Source: a virus | Taxonomy: Duplodnaviria > Caudoviricetes | IMG/VR virus record: IMGVR_UViG_3300034072_000696 | Span: 1 to 53,802 of that record | Reading direction: 5' to 3' (one strand) | DNA: 53,802 nt | Shown here: piece by piece, positions 19,601 through 28,208 of the stretch | Position numbering within the stretch: the stretch's first letter is position 1 | Layout of the letters: every line of letters begins with the position of its first letter | Notes under the pieces: generated by a model | The model's database searches: none | Told to the model about the DNA's origin: nothing | Seen by the model: the letters and a program-made list of their open reading frames with translations, nothing else | Made by a program: the position numbers and the translations under genes

Positions 19601-22600
19601 AATCCCGAATTGGCGGGAGGCGCCCGAGCTGTACCCGCACTTGAGCGAAGCGCAGATGGCAGCGCTGGACGCGGGATCGAGAGCGTACGCGGACGAGCTT
19701 CTAGCGGAAATCAGGACCGCGAAGTAACCGCCGAAACCATCAACGACCCGGCCTTGGTCGAGTCGTGGTGGAACAAGGGCGCCCGCGCAATGGGCGTGAC
19801 TTCGTGGGAAGGTCTGACTGAGGGCCAACGCCGCGTCCTCCTGAACACGGAGACGAAGCAAGACTTCGACGAGACCGCGCAGGAAATCGCCGACGACCTG
19901 AATGACGCCGGCCCCGGCCAGGACGCTATGTACTCCGAGGGCGCCGCTGGCGGCACCACGGTGGAAGCGGTCAACGCGGCCATCAAGCGTCTTTTCACCT
20001 CTCCGGCCCGCGCGGGTCTGGTGACGGTCTACGCCACGCAGGATGAGGCCAAGACCGCCGGCGCACTGAGCCAAGACTATAAGGGTCGTGCCCTGGGTTT
20101 CACCCACAAGGGCAAGGTCGGCCTCATCGCTGAGAACATCCGACCGGGTCAGGAGCTGGCCGTGCTGCTGCACGAAGTCGGCGTCCACCTCGGGATGAAG
20201 AAGCTCGTTGGCGCGGCCAATATGGACGCCATGATCGCGCAGATCGACGCATGGGCCGCGCGCAACGACAACAGCATCGAAACCCGCGTCGCCAAGCAGG
20301 CAGTGGAGCGCGCAGCGGCATCGTCGTCCAAGAACAAGACCGAGGAAAAGCTGGCCTACATGATCGAGGGCCTGGTCGCCGAGGGCGTGACCCCGACGCA
20401 GATGAAGTCCGCTGCCGGCCGGTTCCTGAATCGCGTGTGGAGCGCGGTTCGTGTTGCACTGCAGCAATTCGGCATCGGCGCCAAGTACGACGGGCAGCAG
20501 CTCGTGGACCTAGCCTATGGTGCTGCGAACATCGACGCCGCTGCGGTCGACACTGACAGCAGCTACTCTGAGTCGCCGGTCTTCAACGCCTGGTCGCAGA
20601 TGATGACCCCGGACAAGGCCAAGGGTGTCCTCGGCAATGCGTGGGACAAGGTCAAGACCATCGACCTCGGTTGGCGCACGCTGCGCGAGCTGTCCGAGCA
20701 TTCCAAGATGCCTTGGGTGGAGAAGTACGCCGATGCCCTGCAGGCCATGCAACGCGGCTCGAAGCAAATCCTGAACCGCGCCTCGACCGTGGATTACGAG
20801 TGGGCGCAACTGGACAAGGCCACCGCTGACCGGCTCTCGCAGGTCATGCGCGACGCCACGCGTGCGATGTTCGACCCCGCAGTCGACAAGCCGATGGACG
20901 AGGCGCAATCTGCCTTGGCCAAGCGGTACGAGGGTCTGTCCGACAAGGCCAAGGCGGTCTACACCAAGGCTCGGGACTTCTACGCCGACAACCGCCAGCA
21001 GCGCCAGCAGATCATGGAGAAGATCGCGGCGGAGACGAGTGATGCTGCAGTGCAGCAAGTTGTGCGCGAGTACAAGAACTTGAGGGGGCCGTACTTCCCC
21101 CTGATGCGCTTCGGCGAGTTCTACACCGTCGCCATGTCCAAGGAACTGGCCGCCCTCACTGCGAAGCAGGAGCAGGGGATGACCAGCGCCGCCGAGGACA
21201 AGCGGATCGCCGCGTTGCGTAAAGACCCGGCGCACTACATCACACGCACCCACGACAAGCTCTCGGAGGCCAAGGCCGACATGGCGGCCCTGCAGAAGCG
21301 CTTCCCCGAGGTGCGGTACAACCGTGTGGCCGATCGCCGCAGCAGCATTACCGCCTCGATGCCGGAACTGGAGCGCGTCACTGCGTCTCTGACCGCTGGC
21401 ATGCAGAAGGATGGCGCTGCCGCTATCCGCGACGCGATGGCTCAGATTTATTTCGACATGCTGCCGGAGCACCACGCGTTGAAGCGGGAGATGAAGCGCG
21501 AAGGCGTCCACGGCGAAAGCTCGGACATGCGCCGCGTGTTCTCTGCATCAGCCATCCAGCAGGCCCACTACATCAGCCGCCTGGAGCATGCCAAGGGTGT
21601 GTCCGAGGCACTGGAGGAAGGCCGCCGCGAAAGCACGAACTCCGACGCGACCGCGGTCTACAACGAGATCGTGAAACGGTCCAACACCGCGATGAAGCAG
21701 GATACGCCCAACGGGCTCGTGTCGGCCCTGGCATCGGCCAGCTACTTCGCGCACTTGGGTCTGTCGCCCGCGTTCATCCTGACCAACATGACTCAGGTGC
21801 CGGTGGTGGCGTACCCGTGGTTGGCTGCGCGCTACGGCGCCGGTGCCGCGTCCCGTGCGATCGCGACGGGCTACGCGGACGCCACGAAGATCATCAAGTC
21901 CACGTACAAGGGCAAGAACTGGCGTGCGGAACTCGACTGGAGCCAAGCCGGCCTTTCGTCCGACGAAGGCGCCATGCTGACTCACCTGCTGAACCAGAGC
22001 CTGCTGGACGTGACGATCGAGCACGATCTGACGGCTGTGGCCGAGTCCTCGCACGGCAAGATGAACGAGTACATGAAGATGGCGAACATGCCGGTCCACG
22101 TGACTGAGCTGATGAACCGTTCGACCGTGGCGCTTGCGTCGTATCGCCTGGCCCGTGGGAAGGGTCAAGCCCACGATGCAGCCGTCAAGACCGCAGTCAA
22201 GGCTGTGGCGGACACCCAGCTCGACTACACGGGCCTCAACGCCGCGCGCCACATGCAGACCCTGTTCGGTAGCCGGGATATGGCCCGTCTCGCGTTCCAG
22301 TTCCGCAAGTTCCAGCACGGCATGCTGCGCATGATCGGTCGCTCTATCCACGACGCCATCGGCGCCAACGGTGTGAGCGCAGAAGATCGTGCCGTCGCGC
22401 GCCGCCAGCTCGCGTACCTGGGTGCGACCACTTGGGCGTTCGCCGGTGTCCTGGGTATGCCTCTTGCCGGCACGGTGGCCTGGGTACTCGAAGCGCTGAT
22501 CCCGGAAGACGATGACGAGCCGCTGGACCTCGAAGTGGCGCTTCGCAACGTCATGACCGATATGCTGGGCAAGGAAGGCGCGGCGGTCGTCACCAACGGC

Positions 22601-23281
22601 CTCGTGGGGTCTCTGCTGGGCATCGACCTGACCAGCCGCGTCGGTATGGGCGACATCGCCTCCCCGACCCCATTTGCGCGTTCGGGGCGTACCGCGCAGG
22701 AAACCACGGCCAACTACTACGCCGCGGCGTTCGGTGGTGCTCCACTGGGGACCGTTGCCGACACGCTGGACGGCATCACCAAGATTGCCTCCGGCGACAT
22801 CGCCAAGGGGTTGGAAAAGGCGCTGCCGCTCAAGCTGGCGCAGAATCTGGTCCGCTCGGAGCGGTTCAGCCGCGAGGGTATGAGCGACAGCAAGGGCAAC
22901 ACGATCCTGTCGGAAGACAAGTTCGACTTCATGGACCTGGCGATGCGTGCGGCGGGTTTCCAGACCAAGAAGGAGTCCGACTACTACGCGGCCAACTCGG
23001 CGGTCATGAACCGCAAGGAAGCGGCCAGTGAGGTTCGGACGAACCTGCTGCGGGCCTACACCAAGGCCAAGCTGGCGGGGGAACCCACGGCAGAAGTCGA
23101 CGCCAAAATCCGCGAGTTCAACCAACGCCACCCGGAGAAGGGGGTCCGCATTGACGCGAGCACGAAGCTCAAGTCTTTGGAAGCCCGCCGCAAGATGGCG
23201 AAGGAACGGAACGCGTCGGGGCTACGGGCCGATAAGGGCAACAAGCCCTATCTGGATCAGGCCCGCTTCGTCGGGGAGTGA
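16688..23281 (+). CDS. Giant internal virion / polyvalent protein (zincin-like HExxxH and PLxRFG domain)
   Basis: 2197 aa; EAGEE..Q N-terminal motif, LLHEVGVH...EE, YFPLMRFG, C-terminal hydrophobic helices. Confidence 0.8.
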   Translation: MRSRLDQLLANDNGQDQLNDPGFVTSVKRGIGSTITGFGEMAGDITGDYNNSIRQYGEEMVARNPAGIVSTQDIGSSPWLAVKEAAGSSVAPLLSVGLTRGAGRVAGGLGAGRTAAALRNPITAAEVAGLPSYGEIGEAQRETGTENWALKQGGALAVGAIENLGGVQRALGWGGGRGMTEAAAREFMASPGRSFGKAWLKMGAQEAGEEMLQTPIERGAGGRDAFDQEGMDQIGFGGAMGAIGGLALGPLGAAVQRSGARNHIERIDAARATLADYNAPYEDRLDAGQFLTRVMANDVNDAQAQAWWGGYNEALVQDRDVHAANAAMEARRAAVEQELQAVHDELLKADFNAYLREQLGDRGASTDLLDAINKTTGVTNMRERLPLFYGRDIPEVGGVQPTNRMTQPGQERAQWWQQQGEGDLTSRGPGYGDWWNTQDTTPYEARAAAQPGATRDLFSNEWRAPAQPEAQVEQDATMRPNRRQMALDLDAERPPIYMGATGAGFSQLPITDDIRPAANMESSPMVAAARAFRQQGGSKRVWDNFQARVADLATNPVELARALQAREATAGQGKDTSHPKAWQAAIAALNIQGDQNGKGIVQGAVGTNQDGYANSQQRDQSQDLAQRGGNQVQGDAGNRYGQEVARQEVDARALVAAVKGDSKEAQLLRKVLGVDANLEVVGNPMPYSEAGRLFGYGGGGKDSRQGAAAALNRILKPVRKQGEPLAKVLDRIVARLHDVDITTGSFSQLAGEGGISVHQRGETDKRTLAGWGSSVDSETLAAQKSEEPDADLRHVERTTGAMLEDRVVEYEGDGGQVEVEVIDQGTAEFNDGAGQFDEDSHLSRPAAEEDATEMADVELDARWVDYNGNPIKQVDIDDALEDWEDRDGTTLPKQFHLQWTKAWVNYHSGAFDDRVFQEIYRGLTTQVDTVNARESGDSSAAPAGEPARGNEAAGAYQGLPEAGEDVGSGRDNPELAGGARAVPALERSADGSAGRGIESVRGRASSGNQDREVTAETINDPALVESWWNKGARAMGVTSWEGLTEGQRRVLLNTETKQDFDETAQEIADDLNDAGPGQDAMYSEGAAGGTTVEAVNAAIKRLFTSPARAGLVTVYATQDEAKTAGALSQDYKGRALGFTHKGKVGLIAENIRPGQELAVLLHEVGVHLGMKKLVGAANMDAMIAQIDAWAARNDNSIETRVAKQAVERAAASSSKNKTEEKLAYMIEGLVAEGVTPTQMKSAAGRFLNRVWSAVRVALQQFGIGAKYDGQQLVDLAYGAANIDAAAVDTDSSYSESPVFNAWSQMMTPDKAKGVLGNAWDKVKTIDLGWRTLRELSEHSKMPWVEKYADALQAMQRGSKQILNRASTVDYEWAQLDKATADRLSQVMRDATRAMFDPAVDKPMDEAQSALAKRYEGLSDKAKAVYTKARDFYADNRQQRQQIMEKIAAETSDAAVQQVVREYKNLRGPYFPLMRFGEFYTVAMSKELAALTAKQEQGMTSAAEDKRIAALRKDPAHYITRTHDKLSEAKADMAALQKRFPEVRYNRVADRRSSITASMPELERVTASLTAGMQKDGAAAIRDAMAQIYFDMLPEHHALKREMKREGVHGESSDMRRVFSASAIQQAHYISRLEHAKGVSEALEEGRRESTNSDATAVYNEIVKRSNTAMKQDTPNGLVSALASASYFAHLGLSPAFILTNMTQVPVVAYPWLAARYGAGAASRAIATGYADATKIIKSTYKGKNWRAELDWSQAGLSSDEGAMLTHLLNQSLLDVTIEHDLTAVAESSHGKMNEYMKMANMPVHVTELMNRSTVALASYRLARGKGQAHDAAVKTAVKAVADTQLDYTGLNAARHMQTLFGSRDMARLAFQFRKFQHGMLRMIGRSIHDAIGANGVSAEDRAVARRQLAYLGATTWAFAGVLGMPLAGTVAWVLEALIPEDDDEPLDLEVALRNVMTDMLGKEGAAVVTNGLVGSLLGIDLTSRVGMGDIASPTPFARSGRTAQETTANYYAAAFGGAPLGTVADTLDGITKIASGDIAKGLEKALPLKLAQNLVRSERFSREGMSDSKGNTILSEDKFDFMDLAMRAAGFQTKKESDYYAANSAVMNRKEAASEVRTNLLRAYTKAKLAGEPTAEVDAKIREFNQRHPEKGVRIDASTKLKSLEARRKMAKERNASGLRADKGNKPYLDQARFVGE
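18474..18635 (+). CDS. Putative nested gene (+1 frame), 53-aa basic peptide
   Basis: AAGGAG RBS 18462-18467, ATG, GC-rich third positions in this frame. Confidence 0.5.
   Translation: MAKASFKAQSVRTRTDTRTPNSVTNPKTSPNGVGTKYKGMLETDTAKKLRGKK
19449..19727 (+). CDS. Putative nested gene (+1 frame), 92 aa
   Basis: AGGAG RBS 19437-19441, GTG, GC-rich third positions, protein-like composition. Confidence 0.55.
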   Translation: MDSQRKSTPSTPEKAAIRQQHRQESRRAATKLPEHIKGSPKLEKMWAAGETIPNWREAPELYPHLSEAQMAALDAGSRAYADELLAEIRTAK

Positions 23282-23290
23282 GTGGTACGC

Positions 23291-23323
23291 CCCCACGCTC
23301 TCTCCTGTGGGGAGCGCGTGGGG
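23291..23323. terminator. GC-rich hairpin at end of late operon (terminator-like, no U-tract)
   Basis: CCCCACGC-T-CTCTCC-TGT-GGGGAG-C-GCGTGGGG. Confidence 0.55.
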
Positions 23324-23380
23324 AATTCGCGTGCGATAATGCGACCGCGCGCCGCGGAACCAGCGTCCGCACGCGAAACT

Positions 23381-23600
23381 GTGCTCCCCAAAATTTCCCC
23401 GTGCGTGCCGGAAAGCCCTGCAAATACTGGAAGTTCGATTCCCGTTCCCGGCACCATTATTGTTTAGCGGCGTTTAGCGCGAAATTAAATACCGTTAAAT
23501 ATCAGCAACATATCCAGCGGCGCCGTGCACGAAATTGACCCCGGAGTTAAATCTTTTTAAGCTCTGGTTCCCCACAATTTCCCCACGGGTTCCCCAAAAT
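23381..23600. repeat. TCCCCA-type repeats flanking attP (candidate integrase arm sites) with AT-rich spacer
   Basis: CTCCCCAAAATTTCCCC near 23384; TTCCCCACAATTTCCCCACGGGTTCCCCAAAAT 23568-23600. Confidence 0.6.
23433..23456 (+). mobile_element. attP core: 3' end of host tRNA (probably tRNA-Leu)
   Basis: GTTCGATTCCCGTTCCCGGCACCA = T-loop, T-stem 3' arm, acceptor 3' arm, discriminator A and CCA; 5' half absent; about 140 nt upstream of integrase. Confidence 0.8.
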
Positions 23601-24582
23601 GGCATCTATCCAACCAACGGCGAAGGGCTACCGCGCCCAAGTGGCGATCCTGGGCCAACGAGACTCCAAGACATGTCGAACCCGCAGAGAGGCGGAAGCC
23701 TGGGCCAGCGCGCGGGAAACCGAACTGCGTCGGGCGGCGACCTTGGAGCCAGGGAAGCGTGTGACGCTGCGCCAGGCCCTCGAACGCTACGTCGCGGAGA
23801 TCACGCCGGGGAAGCGGGGAGCGCGTGGGGAGACGCTGCGCATCGCCGCCTTTCTCCGGCACCGCGATTTGCCACTGGATGCCCCACTGGCGGACCTTTT
23901 GCCGGATGATTTCCAGGCTTGGCGTACTACGCGCCTTGGGGAAGTCGCGACCAGCTCAGTGCTGCGCGATATGAACATCCTGTCGGCGGTGCTGCAGCAG
24001 TGCAAGAAAGAGTGGCGGTACATCAAGGAGAGCCCCTTCTCCGACGTACGCCGGCCGACGCAGCCAGACCACCGGACGGTGACGATCACGTGGCGGCAGG
24101 CGCGCGCGATGGTGACCTCGATGGGGTATCGGCCTGGGCGACCTATCCGCACCACGTCTCAGGCGCTCGCGGTGGCGTTCCTGATGTCGTTGTACACCGG
24201 CATGCGGCAGGGTGAGGTGTGCGGGCTGGAGTGGCGCCATGTCCACGACGACTACGTCGAGCTGCCTGTGACCAAGACCACGAGCCGGGACGTGCCCCTG
24301 TCGAAGCGGGCGCGGCGGCTGCTGCAAGTAATGCAGGGGTGGGACTGTACCTATGTGTTCGGGCTGAACGCCAACTCGTCGTCCACACTGTTCACAAAGT
24401 ACCGGAAGCGACTGGGGCTTGATGGGTTCACCTTCCACGACGCGCGCCACACGGCGGCGACGGTGATCTCGCGGAAGGTCGATGTTCTGACCCTCTGCAA
24501 GATTTTTGGCTGGAAAGACCCCAAGTTCGCCATGATCTACTACAACCCGAAGCCGTCCGACGTGGCGAAGATGCTCGGTTAA
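23599..24582 (+). CDS. int: Tyrosine integrase
   Basis: TGMRQGE, K, FHDARH, LCKIFGW, C-terminal YY catalytic motifs. Confidence 0.95.
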   Translation: MASIQPTAKGYRAQVAILGQRDSKTCRTRREAEAWASARETELRRAATLEPGKRVTLRQALERYVAEITPGKRGARGETLRIAAFLRHRDLPLDAPLADLLPDDFQAWRTTRLGEVATSSVLRDMNILSAVLQQCKKEWRYIKESPFSDVRRPTQPDHRTVTITWRQARAMVTSMGYRPGRPIRTTSQALAVAFLMSLYTGMRQGEVCGLEWRHVHDDYVELPVTKTTSRDVPLSKRARRLLQVMQGWDCTYVFGLNANSSSTLFTKYRKRLGLDGFTFHDARHTAATVISRKVDVLTLCKIFGWKDPKFAMIYYNPKPSDVAKMLG

Positions 24583-24809
24583 GGTGCCCTTGCGGCAAGT
24601 ACCTTGTCCACTTCTGAGATAGGTACTTGCCCGAGGCGGTTGAGGTGGATTTGCCCCGCCCGGATGAGCTTACTCACCGTCACGTGGCACACGCCCAGCA
24701 TTTCGGCGGCTTGCTTCTGCGTAACCGAGGATGGTCGCGGGTGAGCTTCCGCGTAAATCTGGACCGCCTTCACCGCGATGGCGAGTGCGTTTTGGTCAGT
24801 CGTGTTCAC
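24579..24809 (-). CDS. xis: Excisionase-like HTH protein
   Basis: TQKQAAEMLGV..TVSKLIR.G HTH; converges on int with overlapping stops. Confidence 0.7.
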   Translation of the reverse strand: MNTTDQNALAIAVKAVQIYAEAHPRPSSVTQKQAAEMLGVCHVTVSKLIRAGQIHLNRLGQVPISEVDKVLAARAP

Positions 24810-27800
24810 GCGCTGCGCTCCGCAGAATCATCCTGCACGGGGGTGTCCTTCGACTCGTGCAGCGGGACTACGTTGGTAGCCGTCACGTGGGTCTCGATGT
24901 AACCCTGCGCGACCGCCAGGTCGAACTCCAGGGCGCGCGTCCTGCCGCCGGTGACCGTCGGTACGCCCCGGCACAGATACACCTTGGAGTCGTCCTCAGT
25001 GGCGTGGCGCTTCACGAAGCCCCCGGCCATCAAATCCCGCCGGAACTTCAACGGGCTGATCCCCTGGGTCTTACACCATTCGTTCAGCGCCGCGTGCGAC
25101 ACCAGCAACTGACCGGCCTCCGTGCTGGTCCCGAGGACCAAACGGGCCTTCACCGCGCCTCGGATATGGATGATCGGCAGCTCCGTCTTGCCGCCGCGTG
25201 CATCGAGCCCGTGGTACGCGTTGGTGACCAGGACGTTACCGTGGAGGTCCGCGAGGAACGCCGCCAGGGTTTCTTGGACGTTGTGGTTGTAGGACTTGGC
25301 AGATTCGCGCATACGGTCGATATGGTTGAGCGCCCAATCGCGCAGGGCCTTGAGGTCGAACTTGATGAGGCCCATGCGCTGCGCCACGAGGGCGCCGGTC
25401 ATGGCACAGGTCATGTGGTAGATGAAGAAGCGTTCCTTCGAGGCGTTGCCGCCGCGTTGGTTGACCGCGTTCGACAGCTTGGCGAACTGATTCTCCAGCG
25501 TGGTCTCGACGACGTCCCGGTTCTTCATGATCCAGCGGATGTACTCCAGGCCGACGACGCACGAGTTGCGGTTCATCAGGCGCTGTGACACGGCGGCGCA
25601 CTCTGCCTTGATGTCGGACTCCTCATCGGACATGGACGCCAGGCGGGGGTACTCATCCAGCGGCACTTCGAACAGACGCATCTGCACGGCTTCCGGGTTG
25701 AACTTGGTGTCCGTCAGTTGGTACGTCAGATTCTTGTTGCCCGTGATGAAACTCATGAGCTTCCACGGGGGCGCAGCCTCGCGCTCCTGGCCGCCGACCG
25801 TCATACCCACGCGGGGGCGACCGTTGGCCAGGGCATAGAGCACGTCAGCCAGTGGGTCTGCTTCCTTGAGGGTGTTGGTCACTTCGTCGTACAGCGTCGG
25901 CACGTGGTTCATGATGCTGGCCCGACCAGGCACAGCCTTCGGGGTGCAGTCGGCGACGATAACCTTCGCGGCTTCGGTGTAGATGTTCAGGCCGATGGTG
26001 CAGACCGAGGTCTTGCCGAGACCGGACGTGTCGCTGGTCAGCGCGAGCGGGATGCCGTTCCATTCAGCTCGGTGGAGCAGGGGGGTCAGCGCCGCGCCAA
26101 ACGCCGTGGCGATCGCATACTGGTACGGCTCGCCGTGCTCCCTGTTGTAGAGGAAGTCCACACCGTCGACCCAATCCGCCACGGTGCCTTGTGGGTTAAA
26201 GGCCGCCAGCAGGTCACGGTCAGAGACGCGCTTGCCGACACGCACCGTGCGGGTGTCGTTCTGCGTAATGACCGTGGTGCCGATCAGGAACTCGGTGTAG
26301 TTGTTGTGCCAGCCGAACTGCGTGTAGGTACAGACCTCCTGCACGTTCCGGCGCAGTTGTTCGAGAAAAGTGCCCATGAACGTAAATGCCAGTTTGTCGT
26401 TGGTGACAATGATTTCCTTCGAGGCCAGCGCGATCCGCATGGCGCGGGCGTCAGCGATGTGCTTCGTCGGAATATCGGTTTCGCGCCACTCGCCGGGGCG
26501 CACTTCGTAGCGGATGACCAGGGTGTAGGTGTCATCCTCATTCCGCACGCGACTGACGGGGTAAAACGCCGGCCGCGCGAACTCCTGCCAGAACGGGACG
26601 CCGGTGTCCTTGTCTTCGACCAGCGTAGACAACCCGCCGTTGGCGCAACGATACTTTTCGGGCCACAGGTCTTCGATGGACTTGGCCGGTTCAAGTGGTG
26701 TGGGTTCTGCGTCGGCCGCTGCGAGCGCCGGAGCTGCAGGCTGCGCCGCGTCGATCTTGGTGATCTTGGCGACGACAGGCGCGGTGCCCGTGGCGGCGTA
26801 GCCCAGTTGAATCGGGCTGCTGACGTTCATCGTGCAGCCAGCGCAGCCGGGTTCATTCAACTCGCGGAACTTGGCGCAGGTCGCAGGGCCGTGGGGCCAC
26901 TGATCGAGCTTGGCCTGGGTCTCCTCCCGGATATAGCCGGGGTACTGCTTGCTCCACTGATGGGCCAGGGCCTCGCCGTCGGTGCAGTGCTTGCTGACGC
27001 CCAGTGCTGCGTACCAGACGGGCTCCGATTCGCCGCCGGTGTCACGGAACTGTCGAATCTGCTCGCAGCGCTCTGCGATGAGTTCCAGCGAGCTGGGTGG
27101 GTACTCGACGGCCGCCAGATCGTTGCTCATGGCGAAGCGCGAGGCCCGGCGCTGCGGCAGCACCGCCACATCCACATCACCGACGTACTGCCGCAGGATC
27201 GCGGTCAGCGCCTCGCGTTCGACCGGCGCGGCTACGTGTTTAGCTGTAACCACGCGCTCGCCGTTCTTACGCCACGTGGCGCCGACGGGGCGCAGCACGC
27301 GGGATGAATCCATGTCGACCGCGGAGTCAACGAGCAGGCCGAACTTCTTGGTGGCCAGGCGCTTGAGCGCAGCCAGTTCCAGCCATTCCGCCGGCGTCGC
27401 ATCTTCGGTCAGCGTCCAGTAGATGTGGATGCCGCCGCCGCTGTCCACGAGCGTCGGAGCCGGCAGGCTGAGTTCGTCGACAAAGCGCGCGATCTCGCCC
27501 GCAGCTTGCTTCTTCGTGGTGTAGCAGCCGGGCTTGCCGATATCAATGTCGTCGTACAAAGAGCGGCACGCCACCACATTGGATTGGGTGCGGATGCGCT
27601 TCTTCTTGACGCCCTTTACTTCTTCCTCGTACCAGTCGCCGTAGCCGGCGCAGGCGTAGTAAATCGTCTTGCCTGCAGCGTCCAGTTGAGCGATGGCCTG
27701 CGCCATGCCCTCGATGGACCTGTGCGCGGTATAGCGCCACGCGGGGCGGTCCCGACCCGGGACATCGACCAGCTCGGCGAGCAGCTTGAGCCCGCCCGCA

Positions 27801-27835
27801 GGCAGGACCAGCTTCAAAAAATCGTATGTATTCAT
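24806..27835 (-). CDS. Primase-helicase (AEP/RepB-like primase, DUF927, P-loop helicase)
   Basis: DDID, DSGGGIHIYW, RVLRP; Cys cluster; QFGW; SGLGKT Walker A, LYDE Walker B. Confidence 0.88.
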   Translation of the reverse strand: MNTYDFLKLVLPAGGLKLLAELVDVPGRDRPAWRYTAHRSIEGMAQAIAQLDAAGKTIYYACAGYGDWYEEEVKGVKKKRIRTQSNVVACRSLYDDIDIGKPGCYTTKKQAAGEIARFVDELSLPAPTLVDSGGGIHIYWTLTEDATPAEWLELAALKRLATKKFGLLVDSAVDMDSSRVLRPVGATWRKNGERVVTAKHVAAPVEREALTAILRQYVGDVDVAVLPQRRASRFAMSNDLAAVEYPPSSLELIAERCEQIRQFRDTGGESEPVWYAALGVSKHCTDGEALAHQWSKQYPGYIREETQAKLDQWPHGPATCAKFRELNEPGCAGCTMNVSSPIQLGYAATGTAPVVAKITKIDAAQPAAPALAAADAEPTPLEPAKSIEDLWPEKYRCANGGLSTLVEDKDTGVPFWQEFARPAFYPVSRVRNEDDTYTLVIRYEVRPGEWRETDIPTKHIADARAMRIALASKEIIVTNDKLAFTFMGTFLEQLRRNVQEVCTYTQFGWHNNYTEFLIGTTVITQNDTRTVRVGKRVSDRDLLAAFNPQGTVADWVDGVDFLYNREHGEPYQYAIATAFGAALTPLLHRAEWNGIPLALTSDTSGLGKTSVCTIGLNIYTEAAKVIVADCTPKAVPGRASIMNHVPTLYDEVTNTLKEADPLADVLYALANGRPRVGMTVGGQEREAAPPWKLMSFITGNKNLTYQLTDTKFNPEAVQMRLFEVPLDEYPRLASMSDEESDIKAECAAVSQRLMNRNSCVVGLEYIRWIMKNRDVVETTLENQFAKLSNAVNQRGGNASKERFFIYHMTCAMTGALVAQRMGLIKFDLKALRDWALNHIDRMRESAKSYNHNVQETLAAFLADLHGNVLVTNAYHGLDARGGKTELPIIHIRGAVKARLVLGTSTEAGQLLVSHAALNEWCKTQGISPLKFRRDLMAGGFVKRHATEDDSKVYLCRGVPTVTGGRTRALEFDLAVAQGYIETHVTATNVVPLHESKDTPVQDDSAERSA

Positions 27836-27864
27836 AGCCCCCTCGACCCCGTGTTAAGCCTGCA

Positions 27865-28140
27865 TCACGGGGCTACAGCCGCGTCGACATAGTTCTTGAT
27901 CTTTTCCACGTTCTCGCGGCGCTTGGCCCGGGGGAGGCTGCTGCGCATCGGCAGCTTGCCCGCCTCAACCAAATCACCGAGGACCGACGAAACGGCCTCC
28001 ATACGGCGCTTGGTCAACGGGTGGACATGTACCACGCCTTCGGCTCGCAGGAGCCGCGAGATCGTCGTGAAGTGGACACCCGTTACGGTTGCCAGCTCAC
28101 GGTACGACAGTTCGGTCGACTTCAACTTCTCGTAATTCAT
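27865..28140 (-). CDS. XRE/Cro-like HTH protein
   Basis: LSYRELATVTGVHFTTISRL. Confidence 0.75.
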   Translation of the reverse strand: MNYEKLKSTELSYRELATVTGVHFTTISRLLRAEGVVHVHPLTKRRMEAVSSVLGDLVEAGKLPMRSSLPRAKRRENVEKIKNYVDAAVAP

Positions 28141-28208
28141 GAAAGCTCCAACAGTTGCAAGTGCGCGTTTTTGCCGAGCCGCGCCCCTCGGTACTACAGG
28201 GGGGTTAC

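Noticed and set aside
23400-23456. Complete tRNA gene
   Set aside because: Only the 3' 24 nt are present; no D-arm, anticodon arm or 5' T-stem, so interpreted as attP core
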